This document shows positions 14,206-30,184 of a stretch of DNA of 64,000 bases, one piece after another; the first letter of the stretch is position 1, and each line of letters opens with the position of its first letter. A model generated the notes under the pieces. It was not told where the DNA came from and searched no databases. It saw only the letters and a program-made list of their open reading frames with translations. The position numbers and the translations under genes are program-made. The DNA is from the human T2T-CHM13v2.0 reference genome, Homo sapiens. The stretch lies in the NCBI RefSeq assembly GCF_009914755.1, contig NC_060947.1; one strand, 5' to 3'.

Positions 14206-14764
14206 TCTGGACTTATTTTGATACTTGTATATTGCTTTTTAGTTAAAAGCAATGTGCCTCATGAGCTTATTCTGTCTTTTGTTTACTTCTTATGATCTCT
14301 GGGAATCCTGAGGGACATGGGATTTTATGAGCTGTGGTTGTGCTACAGGCTGACTGTGCAAGGAGAGCTGAATCCATGTCAGACGCACACTGGTATCTGC
14401 CTTGCTGTGGTTCATCTTTACAGCGAAGCCCCTTGAGCCTTCACTGTGGCCCCTTGGGAAATGGCCAGACAAGAGTTTCAAATATCAAGTCAAATGTCAT
14501 GCCAGCAATAGCAAAAGGCCCGTTGTTGGTGTTTCAACTTTGAAAAGCCTAGTTGAAGTACCTGCCAATGGCAGACTTCTTGTCCGTTCTTAAGAATTAG
14601 ATTTTTCACTGACAGCATTTCACAAATGGCAATGTGCTCAAAATACTTGCTATATAGACACTGCTAAAAAGAAAACACTGTAGAGGTAAGGGAGGTGTCA
14701 TGGTTACTGTAAATTTAAAAGGGAATATGAACACATTATGATCATGGCCATCTTTCAATTATTC

Positions 14765-14842
14765 TTCCTAGCATGGTGCATTGCTCAATGTAGGTATTCA
14801 GTAAACATTTGTTGAAAATTGGATGGATAAGTGATGGATGGA
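14765..14842 (+). mobile_element. L2 terminal fragment
   Basis: 'cctagcatggtgcattgctcaatgtaggtattcagtaaacatttgttgaa'. Confidence 0.55.
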
Positions 14843-15217
14843 ATGTTGTCTGTGATTCTTGATGTGTAGAGATGTTTATGTATAGTTGTGGTACTTTAAA
14901 CTCTAGTCATGGCCAGAGCACAGCTACCTTCTCTTTCAGTCTCACTTAAGTCTGCAAGAAGATCTGAGTAGAGTTAACATGTGAGTCAGAAAGGCTAAGA
15001 CCAACCATTATTACAAATATTACAGTTCTGTCAATAGTTGTGAGTAAGGTGAGTGGGATGGCACAATTAGGTCTGGAAAGCTTGAATAATAATGATAATA
15101 GTGATGACCCTAATTAATTCTGGAACTTTTGGTGTTTAATTTTTTAGGGGATCAGATTAGCAACAAGTCTTGTGCAATGGGAAATGAGATCAGAAATCTT
15201 TTTGGAACCCTGCCTGA

Positions 15218-15238
15218 TCTCTCTCTCTCTCACACACA

Positions 15239-15276
<38 letters not shown>

Positions 15277-15291
15277 CACATCCACACACAC
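15218..15291. repeat. Compound (CT)n(CA)n microsatellite
   Basis: Directly visible dinucleotide runs. Confidence 0.95.
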
Positions 15292-15348
15292 TACTTCTTT
15301 GATGCTTTGCAGAATACATTAATTATTTGGCATTTTAAGAAAATAATC

Positions 15349-15881
15349 TGTGTCATTATCTATTACTGCAAAACAAATAACCCCCAAATTTAGCACCTTA
15401 AAACACATTTATTATCTCACAGTTTCTGTGGATCAGGAATGCACATTTGGGTTAACTAGGCCCACTGTCTCCAGGTGTCTAACAAAGCCAGTGTGATTTC
15501 AAGGCTTAACTTAGAAGGATTTGCTTCCTAGCTCACTCATCAGGTTGTTGGGCCCATGTTGAGCTGATGGCTCAGTTCTTCACGGGCTTTTGGTCAGAGG
15601 CTGTTCTGAGGTCATTGCCATGTGGCCTCTCCATCAAAGCTGACTTTGTCAGATTGAGCACATGAAAAGACAAAAGAGAGAGAGAGTACAAATAAAATGA
15701 AAGGAAGATACAATGTTTCATAACCTAATCAAGGAAGTAATATCCATCACTTTTGCTGTATTCAATTTTTTAAAACAAATCACTGTAGTGAGCCAGGACA
15801 CTCAAAATGAGTAGGTTATACATGGGCATGAATACCAGGGGTGGAGATCCTAGGGGCAATCTTAGAGGTCTGTCTGCCACA
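15349..15881 (-). mobile_element. MaLR solo LTR (MLT1F-like)
   Basis: TG...CA termini; 'aaacacatttattatctcacagtttctgtggatcaggaat', 'ggcatgaataccagggg'; 5-bp TSD-like TAATC/GAATC. Confidence 0.88.
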
Positions 15882-15902
15882 GAATCCATGAGGTGTGTGG
15901 GT

Positions 15903-15911
15903 ATCTCTGTC

Positions 15912-15951
<40 letters not shown>

Positions 15952-15997
15952 ATCTATCTGTATCTCATCTATCTATCAATCTCTATCTATCTATCTC
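15903..15997. repeat. Compound (CTGT)n(CT)n(CTAT)n microsatellite
   Basis: Directly visible. Confidence 0.9.
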
Positions 15998-16526
15998 CTC
16001 ACCTACCTGCCAGATTATGGGAAATATCTGCAGCCTAGACTAGCTTTCTAGACTTTTATCTTTGCAAAACTTATTATTCATTTCTCTAAACATTTCCTTA
16101 TCTTCTGTATGTTTAGCATCACATTGAGAAGGATGTTATGGCGTCGTTACCAATAGGAACAACAACAAGACCAACAAACTTTTATTAGGAAATTTCTCTA
16201 TGCAATGAACATGCAAGAACTGCAAGAATATTAAATTCATTCCATCCGTGTTTTCACATAATGAGCCTTTATTGTATATCCCCCATCTATTGTGTGCAAA
16301 GCATTTCAGAAATATAAATATGAACATAAATTTCTTACTAAATATTTGTTTAACGTCATTAAAAAGGCCCAGAGCCGAAGCTCATGGGAAGATTCTAGAT
16401 TGCTCAGCAAAGAGGAGGTGCTTCCCAGTTTGTTTCCACTATATAAGTCCTTCCCCCAATAACTTTGCATAGCAGTGCTGCTGGGCTGACCTCCACAGGT
16501 GGAGGAACCTTGAGGGTTAGGCTACA

Positions 16527-16679
16527 CCAGTGGTTATCAACATGTGGTGCTCAACCACCAATAGCAGCATCACCTGGAAACTCCTTAAAAATGCATATTC
16601 TCAGGCCTTACTCCAGACTCTCCAAATCAAAATTTCTAGGGGTAGAGCCTAGCAATCTGTTGTAAGAAGCCTTCAGGTG
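16527..16679. mobile_element. MER5A MITE, left part (right end at ~20415-20450)
   Basis: 'cagtggttatcaac...agcagcatcacctggaaactccttaaaaatgcatattctcaggcc...agcaatctg'; continues as 'ccaggtgattccatttaagaaccact' after the L1. Confidence 0.88.
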
Positions 16680-16747
16680 GGGAAAATGAAATAAGGTGGC
16701 CCATGAGACGCAGCTGGGAAATGCCTCGCTTACCGAGGGAAACCAAA

Positions 16748-16962
16748 TATAAGGAACATGGCTGTGCTTTGGTCAAGGATAGGTCGAGGTAGGATGTTTA
16801 TATTCTGCATGACTCAGCGAGTTTGTAGTGCAGTCATATAACTCCACTTGTTATCACAGCCATGTAGCCATAACATGGAAAGGCCATCCCTTGGACCTAC
16901 GCCACTATTGTCTATAAAAGATATAATTGCCCCGCTAACACTTTACAGGCATGCTTGCACCC

Positions 16963-16994
<32 letters not shown>

Positions 16995-17344
16995 CAAGCG
17001 AGCCAGAATTGTCCGTCTTTGCAGATGGACAAGGGGAGCCAGGACACAGCTCAGCTCACTCGTGCCTAGAGAGAGAAAGAGTTAAGCTGCTGACCCTGAA
17101 GGAAGAGCCAGCCATGCAGCTGTGTGTGGAAGCCACCGGCTCAAGCAGCTGAGACGAGGTGGACGGTGAGTGAGCTGCTGATGAGAGAGCTACTGAATAA
17201 AACTACATTTCACCTGCCTACCCCGCCACCCCACCCGCTGAGCGTTCTTTCAGCTATCTGCTCATTCACCCACTCCCTTCAGACCTCTGCGTGAGCTGGA
17301 ACCTGACCCTGAGCAGGACATTTGGTGTACTCGTGAACCTGACA
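16748..17344 (+). mobile_element. ERVL-class solo LTR, LTR18B-like
   Basis: Starts T(A)TAAGGAACATGGCTGTGCTTTGGTCAAGG, has TGACTCA, an internal (GA)n and AATAAA, ends ...CCTGACA; perfect 5-bp TSD CCAAA (16743-16747, 17345-17349). Confidence 0.85.
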
Positions 17345-18938
17345 CCAAAATATCGAGTAAACCATCACACTTCAAACAGATCTTTTGAGAGAAAATACTG
17401 AAAGTTGATAGAGAGGAGATGCAGACACCAAAATTGAAGAGGGAGGAAGCTGGGAAGCTTGCACAGAGCTGCCAAGTGCCAGGACTGGCTCCTGATCCTA
17501 AGGAAGAGGTAAGTGAAGGAACTCCAGGGAACCACTCTCCCACTGTGGACCTCTGGGATCCTAGCAAAAAGAGATCCCATGACTCACATAGACATTTGAG
17601 TTTGCAAGGGGAACTCCCCAGAGGAAGCAGAGCTTAAACCTGTGTGGAGTCCAGAAGGTGTCATAGTGCCAGATGCAGCTTCAGTAAAATGCAGCCATAG
17701 GCACCCATCCCCCAAGGCTCTCCATCTTGCTCTGAGTGGCTCTAGCCCTGCTGATGGCCAGGTGGGGAGAAAGCAGAGCTGTCATTCCCACATAACTAGG
17801 GTGCACCTGATCCATGTGCCCACTTGCCTGCCATCCCCTCCCAAGACTACCTGCCTGGGTCTCCCACAGGAGGGTGCCCACAGCACAACCTCCAATTCCC
17901 TGCCTGAATGTTTTGCCTGCAGCCTGGGAGCAGTTCAGCACCCCAGCCCCCATCCTGTCAGCACAGCCAGTGTTTGACCCAATGGGCCAGCAGACAAAAC
18001 TGTGGGCCCCATCACAATACCCCAGGATTTGAGCACACTGTCCAGGGGTATCCAGCTGAGATCTGTGGCCTGAGCTGAGGTTGGGGAGGAGCGCCCAGTT
18101 TCAGAACACTGAGAAGAGTGTGGTATAGGCTCATGTGCTGGCACAGGAGCTAGCTATCCCTCCCTGCACAAGACCAGTCCAGGAAGGGTGTAGCCTGTCA
18201 TCCAGCCACAGATACTGCCTCAGGGAGCCCAGGTGTTCCAGGTGACAGTGCTCCCTAGAGGGAGCAGAAGGCTTGGGACAAGTCTAGCTTGTTGGGATTA
18301 CTCCTGAGGCAGATGCCAGAGAGAGACCTAGTTGGGGGAGCGTGAGCTGTGTGGGCCACACAGATGTTTGCTGGGCTAAAAACCTCAGGCTACAGGTGCC
18401 ATACAAGTTGCACAGCCATGGCACAAGGGCCCTGCTTGGGGATCCTCCACCCTTGGCCCAGTGCATCACAAGACCACCTGCAGACATACTCCACAACCTG
18501 CTCTGACTTTGCCAAGCTCAGAGGACTAGTGGGTTATTGGAGGAGAGTTGCAGGCCTCCTGGTGACCTAACCTTCAGCTCAGACTTCCCCTGAGGGAGCA
18601 GGGAGTGCAGCCTGCCAACGCCCCACTTAGGGCTAAGGAAATGCAGGTGTGGCGCCAGTAATTGTAGGGGGCTCTGCCTAGGCCCAGGAATAGACCTGAT
18701 GAGGGAGTCATCTCTTGCCCTCCCTAGATCACCATTCTGTATGCACTGAAATACAAAACAGATGCATGGATAAGTAAGAGTCCATCTGCTTTATATGTAA
18801 AGAGATGGCCCTTACTCTTAAGCGCCACTATTGAAAAGGGGCATATTACTTTAAAAGGGAACCCCATCAGGCTAACGGTGGGCTTCTCAGCAGAAACCTT
18901 ACAAGCCAGAAGAGACTGTGGGCCTATTTTAGCATTCT

Positions 18939-19230
18939 GTTTTGTTTTGTTTTTTGACACAGTCTCACTCCATCATCCATGCTGGAATGCAGTGGCATGG
19001 TCTTGACCCACTGCAACCTCCACCTCCTAAATTCAAGTGATCCTCCCACCTCACCTCAGCCACCTGAGTAGCTATAATTACAGGTGCACACCACCACACC
19101 CAGCTAATTTTTGTATTTTTAATAGAGATGAGGTTTTGCCTTGTTGGACAGGCTAGTCTTGAACTCTAATTCACCTGCCTTGGCTGCCCAAAGTGCTAGG
19201 ATTACAGGTGTGAGCCAACATGCCCAGTCC
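18939..19230 (-). mobile_element. Alu (old, AluJ-like)
   Basis: Antisense Alu with (GTTTT)n tail; TSD TAT(T/G)TTAGCA(T/C)TCT at 18925-18938 and 19231-19244. Confidence 0.95.
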
Positions 19231-19578
19231 TATGTTAGCACTCTTAAAAAAAAAATTCCAACCAAAAATTTCATATCCTGCCAAACTTAGCTTCATAAAT
19301 ACAGGAAAATAATCTTTTCCACACAAGCAATCACTAAGGGAATTTGTTACCAGCCTTACAAGAGATTCTTAAGACAGTTCTAAACATGGAAACAAAAGAA
19401 CATTTGCTGCCATAAAAACACATGAAAGCACATAGCCCACAGACCCTATAAAACAACTATACAATCAAGACTATAAAGCAACCAGCTAACAACAACATGA
19501 TAGGATCAAAACTTCACATGTCAATATTAACCTTGAATGTAAATGGTATAAATGACCCCACTTAAAAGGCACAGAGTG

Positions 19579-19890
19579 GGCTGGGTGTGGTAGCTCATGT
19601 CTGTAATCTCACCACTTTGGGAGGCCGAGGTGGGTGGATTGCCTGAGCTCAGGAGTTTGAGACCAGCCTGGGCAACACGGTAAAACCCATCTCTACTAAA
19701 ATACAAAAAATTAGCCAAGCAAGGCAGTGTGCGCCTGTAGTCCCAGCTACTCGGGAGGCTGAGGCAGGAGAATTGCTTGATTGCTTGAACCCAGGAGGCA
19801 GAGGTTGCAGTGAGCCAAGATCACGATCACACCACTGCACTCCAGCCAGGACAACAGAGTGAGACTCTGTCTCCAAAAAAAAAAAAAAAA
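19579..19890 (+). mobile_element. Alu (AluS type)
   Basis: Full dimer with poly-A; TSD AAAAGG(C/T)ACAGAGTG at 19564-19578 and 19891-19905. Confidence 0.97.
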
Positions 19891-20769
19891 AAAAGGTACA
19901 GAGTGGCAAGTTGGATTAAAAAACCGAGACCTAACTATATGCCGTCTTCAAGAGGCCCATCTCACAGGTAAGGACACCCACAGGCTCAAAGGAAAGGAGA
20001 AAGACCTATCATGCAAATGAAAAAAAGGGCAAGAATCACTATTTTATATCAGATAAATCAGATGTTAAACCAACAACCATAAAAAAAGGACAAAGAAGGT
20101 CATTACATAATGATAAAGGGTTGAATTCAACAACAAGATTTAACTATTCTAAATATATATGCACCCAACATTTTTTTCTACAAAAAGAGGAAGAGCCCAG
20201 ACGAGATAAGTGAACATTAGTAATTTCATTTTACATAGATTTGGAATGTCATGATGGAAAGAGGGAAAACTAAATGACCGTTGGGTACTATGCTTACTAC
20301 CTGGATGATGGGAGCATTCATGTCCCAAAACTCAGCATCACACAATATATCCATGTAACAAACCTGCATATGCAACCCTTGAATCTAAAGTCAAAGCTTA
20401 CATTTTTTTAAAAGAAGAAACCTTCCAGGTGATTCCATTTAAGAACCACTCACTCAAAATATTCCTTCCTCTATTTCACAGTCAACAGTTTTTTTTCTTT
20501 TATCCCAGTTGTAGAAGTTTCTTGGATACAAATTTCAAGGTGGGCTTAGCCCCAAATTTCCCTAAAAGTTCTGACTTTAAAATGACCCTTTCTTTGATTC
20601 TCTTTATGCTGCCTGTTTCTTCTCTATCCATTTTCATTCTGCCTTCTACATAACCTACTGTACCACTGCACAGGCATTCTTGCCCTGGTCTTTTTGCTAA
20701 ATGAAATTCAAGAAGCTAGCCATCTCAGGATGGGCAGAGATGCACACATAATCAAAGCATGGACAGAAT

Positions 20770-20935
20770 GATACGAGTCCTAGTAATGATCAAGGTGGAG
20801 ATAAATGTTGGCAGAATCCAGGGGAAAGCTTATTTTGTTCCAGCTGGAATGGGGAAGGTGTTACAGAAGAGATAGTACTTGATCTGAGCTTTGAAGGATG
20901 AGAAGTATTTTAATAGACTGAGAAGTGGGGGGGAT
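20770..20935 (-). mobile_element. L2 fragment
   Basis: 'ggggaaggtgttacagaagagatagtacttgatctgagctttgaaggatgagaag' is typical antisense L2. Confidence 0.65.
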
Positions 20936-21459
20936 TAGTGTTCGGACATATACCTAAAGTTAGGTGCAGAGTTTTGTGCTTAGTGATAAGAGTATGCAGG
21001 TACAGTGGCTGGAATTTTAGTTTTTCCCAACTTGCAGCATATTCTGTTTTAACCTGGATTCTTTCTAATCTGCACCACCTCCCTTTTAAAAAGCCTATTT
21101 TTCAGGTTTTCCTCGCCTTTCTCATCTCACAGATATTCTGAATTTGCTTCTGCCTGAGACTAGCACCTAGCAAACAAATGGGAGTAGACACATTCCTAGC
21201 TGATGGAGATAATTTGAGAGTTAGTAGCCTGAACAAGATCATATGAAAGCAATTTCACTTTGGTTCTAGTCCAATAAGTCATCGTAGCAGGTTTATAATC
21301 TTATGGATCTGGGTGATGCGTTAAGGGGATTGGTTGGAAAAGAGAAAGAGAGTGGAGTGTTAAGAAAAGTTTTATATTTCCCAAAAAAGGGAAAGAGCCC
21401 AGAGGAGATAAATGAGCACTAGTGATCTTGTTTTAGATTTAGAATGTCATGATAAATTA

Positions 21460-21699
21460 TAATGATTCTCAAACAGGGAAGATATTGCCTCTTTGGGACA
21501 TTTAGCAATGTGTGAAGACATGTTTGATTTTAATAAAGGCAAGAAGGGGTGGAGGGTAGGGGATAGGGCATGCTACTGACATTTGGTAGGTAGAGGTCAG
21601 GGGTATGGCTAAACATCCTACAATCACAGAATAGCCCTCCTTCCAACACCAGATAATTATTCAGTCCAAAATATCAATAGGCTGATGTTGAGAATCCTG
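21460..21699. mobile_element. MER20 hAT MITE
   Basis: 'gggacatttagcaatgtgtgaagacat', 'tgctactgacatttggtaggtagaggtcagggg...ctaaacatcctacaat', 'ccaaaatatcaatagg...gttgagaatcctg'. Confidence 0.88.
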
Positions 21700-21741
21700 G
21701 ATTAAAAGTACATTCAACATCTATTATAATAGATGGGCTAG

Positions 21742-22428
21742 TAAAAATAGTGACCCATCAAGTGCTGGCAAGGATGTGGAGAAACTGGATCCAATCACTC
21801 AGGTGCTGCTAGTGGCAATGTAAAATGATAATAGCTACTCAGGAAAACAGTTTGGCAGCTTTTTATAAAACTAAACCTGCAATTGCCATATCACACAGCA
21901 GTTGCACTCTTGGGCATTTATTTATCCAAGGGAAATGAAAATGTAGGTTTTCTCAAAAGCCTGTGCACAAATATTCAAAGCACCTTTATTCATAATAACC
22001 CAAAACTGGAAGCAACACAGATGTCCTTCAATGGGCAAATGGTTAAGTAAATTATGGTACATCCATACCATGGAATATTACTCAGCAATAAAAAGAATAT
22101 GCAATTGATACACACAACAACTTGGCTGAATCTCCTGAGAATTATGCTGAGTGAAAGAGGCCAATCCCAAAAAATTACATATTACAAAATTCTCTTTGTA
22201 TAACATCTTGACATAAAATCATAGTAAAGAACAGATTAGTGGTTGCCAGGTGTTAAGCGGAGAGGGAGCGTAGTAGAAAGGTGAGTTGGTTTTAAGAGGG
22301 CAACACTGTGGTGATGGAACTGTTCAGGATTATGCTGTAGTGATGGATACAAAAGCCTACCATTCTGATAAACTTGTATAGAACTAAACACACCCACACA
22401 CACCCACACACACCCACACCCACACACC

Positions 22429-22460
<32 letters not shown>

Positions 22461-22668
22461 TACATGAGTTCAAGGAAACCAAGGGAAATCTGAACAAATT
22501 CAGTGGATTGTAGCTATGTCAGTAGTCTGGTTGAGATGTTGTACCATAGTTTGAAAGATGTTATTATGGAGTAAAACTGGGTAAAAGTACACAGGATCTC
22601 TTTCTGTGTTATTTCTTACAACTGCATGGGAATCTACAATTATCTCAAACTAAAAACTTTAAAAAAAT
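21742..22668 (+). mobile_element. Old L1 3' end (L1MC/L1MD-like) containing a (CA)n tract at ~22388-22463
   Basis: 'aagtgctggcaaggatgtggagaaactggat', 'atccataccatggaatattactcagcaataaaaag', terminal 'ttatttcttacaactgcatgggaatctacaattatctcaaa'. Confidence 0.9.
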
Positions 22669-23779
22669 GAATTCAGATCCACATAGTTTGAAAATAATAA
22701 TGTTTGGATTGTACAACCTTTCAGTAAATTATATCCTTTTTATGCGTAAGTTCATTGTGATTTTTGTCTTCTTTTCTCAAATAAAGTGTAAGCCCTCAAG
22801 GTAAAAAAAAAAAAAAAGCGTGTCCAACCTTATTGATAATTTCCTAATATCACTAGTTATAAAAATTATAGTGATCCCCTTCCACTGTACCATTTTGGTT
22901 GCAAATGCCCCTGTCTGTCCCTCCTACCTACACATGCTTCACTAGGCTAAGTAAACATTGTCTGTTGCCATCAATACAAATATAGCACTTGAAATAAGTT
23001 CATCCTTTACTAGACTGTAACTTGTGTCCAATATGCTATGATTCTTAGAACTAAACAATGATATAAAAATTAACCTCATTAGAGACTATAAATATGACTG
23101 ACATTTAAACAAAATTGAAGTTTTAAAAATAGCTATCCCATTCCAAGTTTTATTTATTCAACATTTCTAATTAATATGTTTCTAATTAGAACTTGATGGA
23201 CATCACCTATGTAAATGTCAGCCTAATGTGTTTGTTCTTCTGTTAATTTGCTAAATTAAGAATATATCTTTATTACCTTTAAGATGAACAGTGATTTGCC
23301 ATCCCTGTTGCAGTGGTGCTAGTAGCTTTACCTCAAAATCAGCCACTATCATACCTCTGGTACTAATGAGAATTCAGAGAATGGCCTACCAAAGATATAA
23401 AACTTGCTTTGTAAAATGAAGGATATTGCTATTTCTGAAACCATAGAAGGTAGAAAGCAACAGGAGAAGATAAGTTTAGGTTTTTCAACTCTCTTCTGTT
23501 TGATTTATTTGACACTTAGAAGATAATTATAGTCTACGTGTCAAGCCAAGATGGAACGAGTGTCAGCATGATTTCAGAAAACATCTGGAAAATCACATAG
23601 GACAATGATATTGTGTATCTGTAAAATGTGAAAGAGAATTTCTCTTTATTCAGTGAGCAATATGGTAACTTAAGAAATTATCTGACACATTTTTTTGAGG
23701 AAAAACTAAAGGCTAAAAATCAACTTATCTCACTAAAAGTGATATTTGTTTTAAATAATGATTTAGATAAATAAATAAG

Positions 23780-24420
23780 CATTTCTTGTTGCCCCAAAAT
23801 ATGTTGAAAAATAGTTTCATGGTAGGGATCATTGTCTTGTTCCTATATTTAATGGACATGTCTATATTTTGCTATTTGGAAGAAGTTTGTTCTTGGTTCC
23901 TGATAAATATATTTACTCAAATTAAAGGCATAATTTTCTATTCACTACTTACGAATCATTTTATCATGAATTTGTGTTTAATTTTAGCAGATGAATCTGT
24001 TAAGATGATTATATGGGTTTTACTTTTTTAATTATGTAAATTGTTTTTTGATATTGATTTATCCTTGAATTCTTTGTGTACCATGTATATTCCTTTAAAA
24101 TCCACTTTAATGTTCAATTTGCTAATGTTTGAGTTATATTCGTAAATGAAATTAGTCAACAGTTTTCTTTGAGGGAGAGGCATTGTCCTTATCTGATTTT
24201 CATATCAGAGTTAGGTTAGTCTCTCAGACATAAATTTGGACTTTTTTCCTTACCTTTGGAATGATTTAAATAGAATACACATGATTTTTATTTCCTAGAC
24301 GATATGATAACCCTAATCTGAAGAACTATCTGATCACAGTGGCCTTTGTGGGGGAAGAAAGAATCTTGAGAATTTTAAATTTTTTTCCATGGTCTATTAA
24401 GTTTTTAACCCTATTTGGTC
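23780..24420 (-). mobile_element. Ancient L1 ORF2 fragment
   Basis: Highly degenerate antisense ORF2 motifs 'tgtcttgttcctatatttaatgg', 'gttcaatttgctaat', 'ttgtccttatctgattttcatatcagagtt'. Confidence 0.6.
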
Positions 24421-24439
24421 ATATTTAATAATTTTTCTT

Positions 24440-25437
24440 TTCTTTTTTATATTTTATTTTCTAATTGACACCTAACATTTATACATATTCATGGGGTACA
24501 TAGTGATGTTTGGATACATGTCATGTATGCTGATCATATCAGGGTAATTAGCATATCCATTATCTCCAACATTTATCAATTCTTTGTGTTAGGAACATCC
24601 AATGTCGTCCTTCTAGCTATTTGAATCTATAAAATATATTATCGTTAGCTATATTAGGTCTACAGTGCTACAGAACACTAGAACCCAGTCCTCCCATCTA
24701 GCTGTTTTGTATGTATCCTTTAACAAATCTCCCCCTATACCTCCCTTCTCCCTTTCCAGCCTCTGGTGTCCTCTGGTCTACTTTTTATTTCTGCGAGATC
24801 AACTTTTTTAAGCTTTTGCATATGAGTGAGGACATGTGGTATTTAACTTTCTTTTTCTGGCTTATTTCACTTAACATAATGTCCTCCAGTTACGTCCATG
24901 TTACCATGAATGACAAGATCTCATTATTTTTATGGCCAAATAATATTCCATCATGTGTATGTGCCATATTTTCTTTATCCATTCATCTGTTGTTGGGCAC
25001 GTAGATTAATTCTATGTCTTGGCTATTGCGAATAGTGCTGCAATAAACATGGGAGGGCAGATGTCTCTATAGTATATTAATTTCCTTTCATCTGGATATG
25101 TACCCAGTAGTGAGATTGCTGGATCTTATGGTAGTTTTATTTGTAGTTACTTGAGGAACTTCCATACTGTTCTCCATAGTGGCTGTACTAGTTTAACATT
25201 ACTATCAACTGTGTAAAAGGGTTCCTTTTTCTCCACGTCCTCACCAACATTTGTTATTTTGTGTCTTCTTGATATTAGCCATCCTAACTGGGATGAGATG
25301 ATACTTCACAGTAGTTTTGTTTTGCGTTTTTCTGATGATTAGTGATGTTGAGCTTTTTTTTAAATTTTTTTCAAATATTTCTTGGCCGTTTGTATTTCTT
25401 CTTTTGAAAAATGTCTGTTAAGATCATTTTACCACTT
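24440..25437 (-). mobile_element. L1MA-like element, 3' part (split by a full-length L1PA)
   Basis: 3'UTR 'catattcatggggtacatagtgatgtttggatac...gatcatatcagggtaattagcatatcc'; resumes colinearly at 32248. Confidence 0.9.
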
Positions 25438-26320
25438 GTTTTAAAAATTATACTTTAAGTTCTGGGTTACATGTACAGAACATGTAGTTTTGTTACACAG
25501 GCATACATGTGCCATGGTGGTTTCTGCACCCATCAACCCGTCACCTACGTTAGGTGTTTCTCCTAATGTTATCACTCCCCTAGCCCCCCACCCCCCACGG
25601 GCCCCAGTGAGTGATGTTCCCTTCCCTGTGTCCATGTGATCTCATTGTTCAACTCTCACTTATGAGTGAGAACATGCAGTGTTTGGTTTTCTGATCTTGT
25701 GATAGTTTGCTGAGAATGATGGTTTCCAGCTTCATCCATGTCCCTGCAAAGGATATGAACTCATCCTTTTTTATGGCTGCATAGTATTCCATGGTGTATA
25801 TGTGCCACATTTTCTTAATCCAGTCTATCATTGATGGGCATTTGGGTTGGTTCCAAGTATTTGCTATTGTGAATAGTGCAGCAATAAATATACATGTGCA
25901 TGTGTCTTTATAGTAGAATGATTTATAATCCTTTGGGTATATGCCCAGTAATGGGATTGCTGGGTCAAATGGTATTTCTAGTTCTAGATCCTTGAGGAAT
26001 CCCCACACTGTCTTCCACAATGGTTGAACTAATTTACACTCCCACCAACAGTGTAAAAGTGTTCCTATTTTTCCACAACCTCTCCAGCATCTGTCGTTTC
26101 TTGACTTTTTTTTTTATTATTATACTTTAAGTTTTAGGGTACATGTGCACAGTGTACAGGTTTGTTACACATATATACATGTACCATATTGGTGTGCTTC
26201 ACCCATTAACTCGTCATTTAACATTAGGTATATCTCCTAATGCTATCCCTCCCCCTCCCCACCCCACAACAGGCCCCGGTGTGTGATGTTCCCCACCCTG
26301 TGTCCATGTGTTCTCATTGT

Positions 26321-30121
<3,801 letters not shown>

Positions 30122-30184
30122 TATGATGATAGCTGGTTATTTTGCCTGTTAATTGATGCAGTTTCTTCATAGCGTTGATGGTCT

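Larger units (their letters stand above)
16680..20414 (+). mobile_element. L1PA15/16-like L1 with both ends retained but two large internal deletions; hosts an LTR and two Alus
   Basis: 5'UTR 16680-~18825 (interrupted by the LTR), jump to late ORF1 (KGNPIRLT-encoding), ORF2 endonuclease start up to 'NIYAPN' (~20170), then 3'UTR 20256-20414; TSD AAGAAGCCTTCAGGTG 16664-16679 and AAGAAACCTTCCAGGTG 20415-20431. Confidence 0.88.

Noticed and set aside
14290-14593. Three overlapping short ORFs in unique sequence
   Set aside because: No recognisable protein similarity and no convincing splice boundaries.
17262-18570. Cluster of GC-richer ORFs on both strands
   Set aside because: They lie within the L1 5'UTR and LTR, where higher GC lowers stop-codon frequency.
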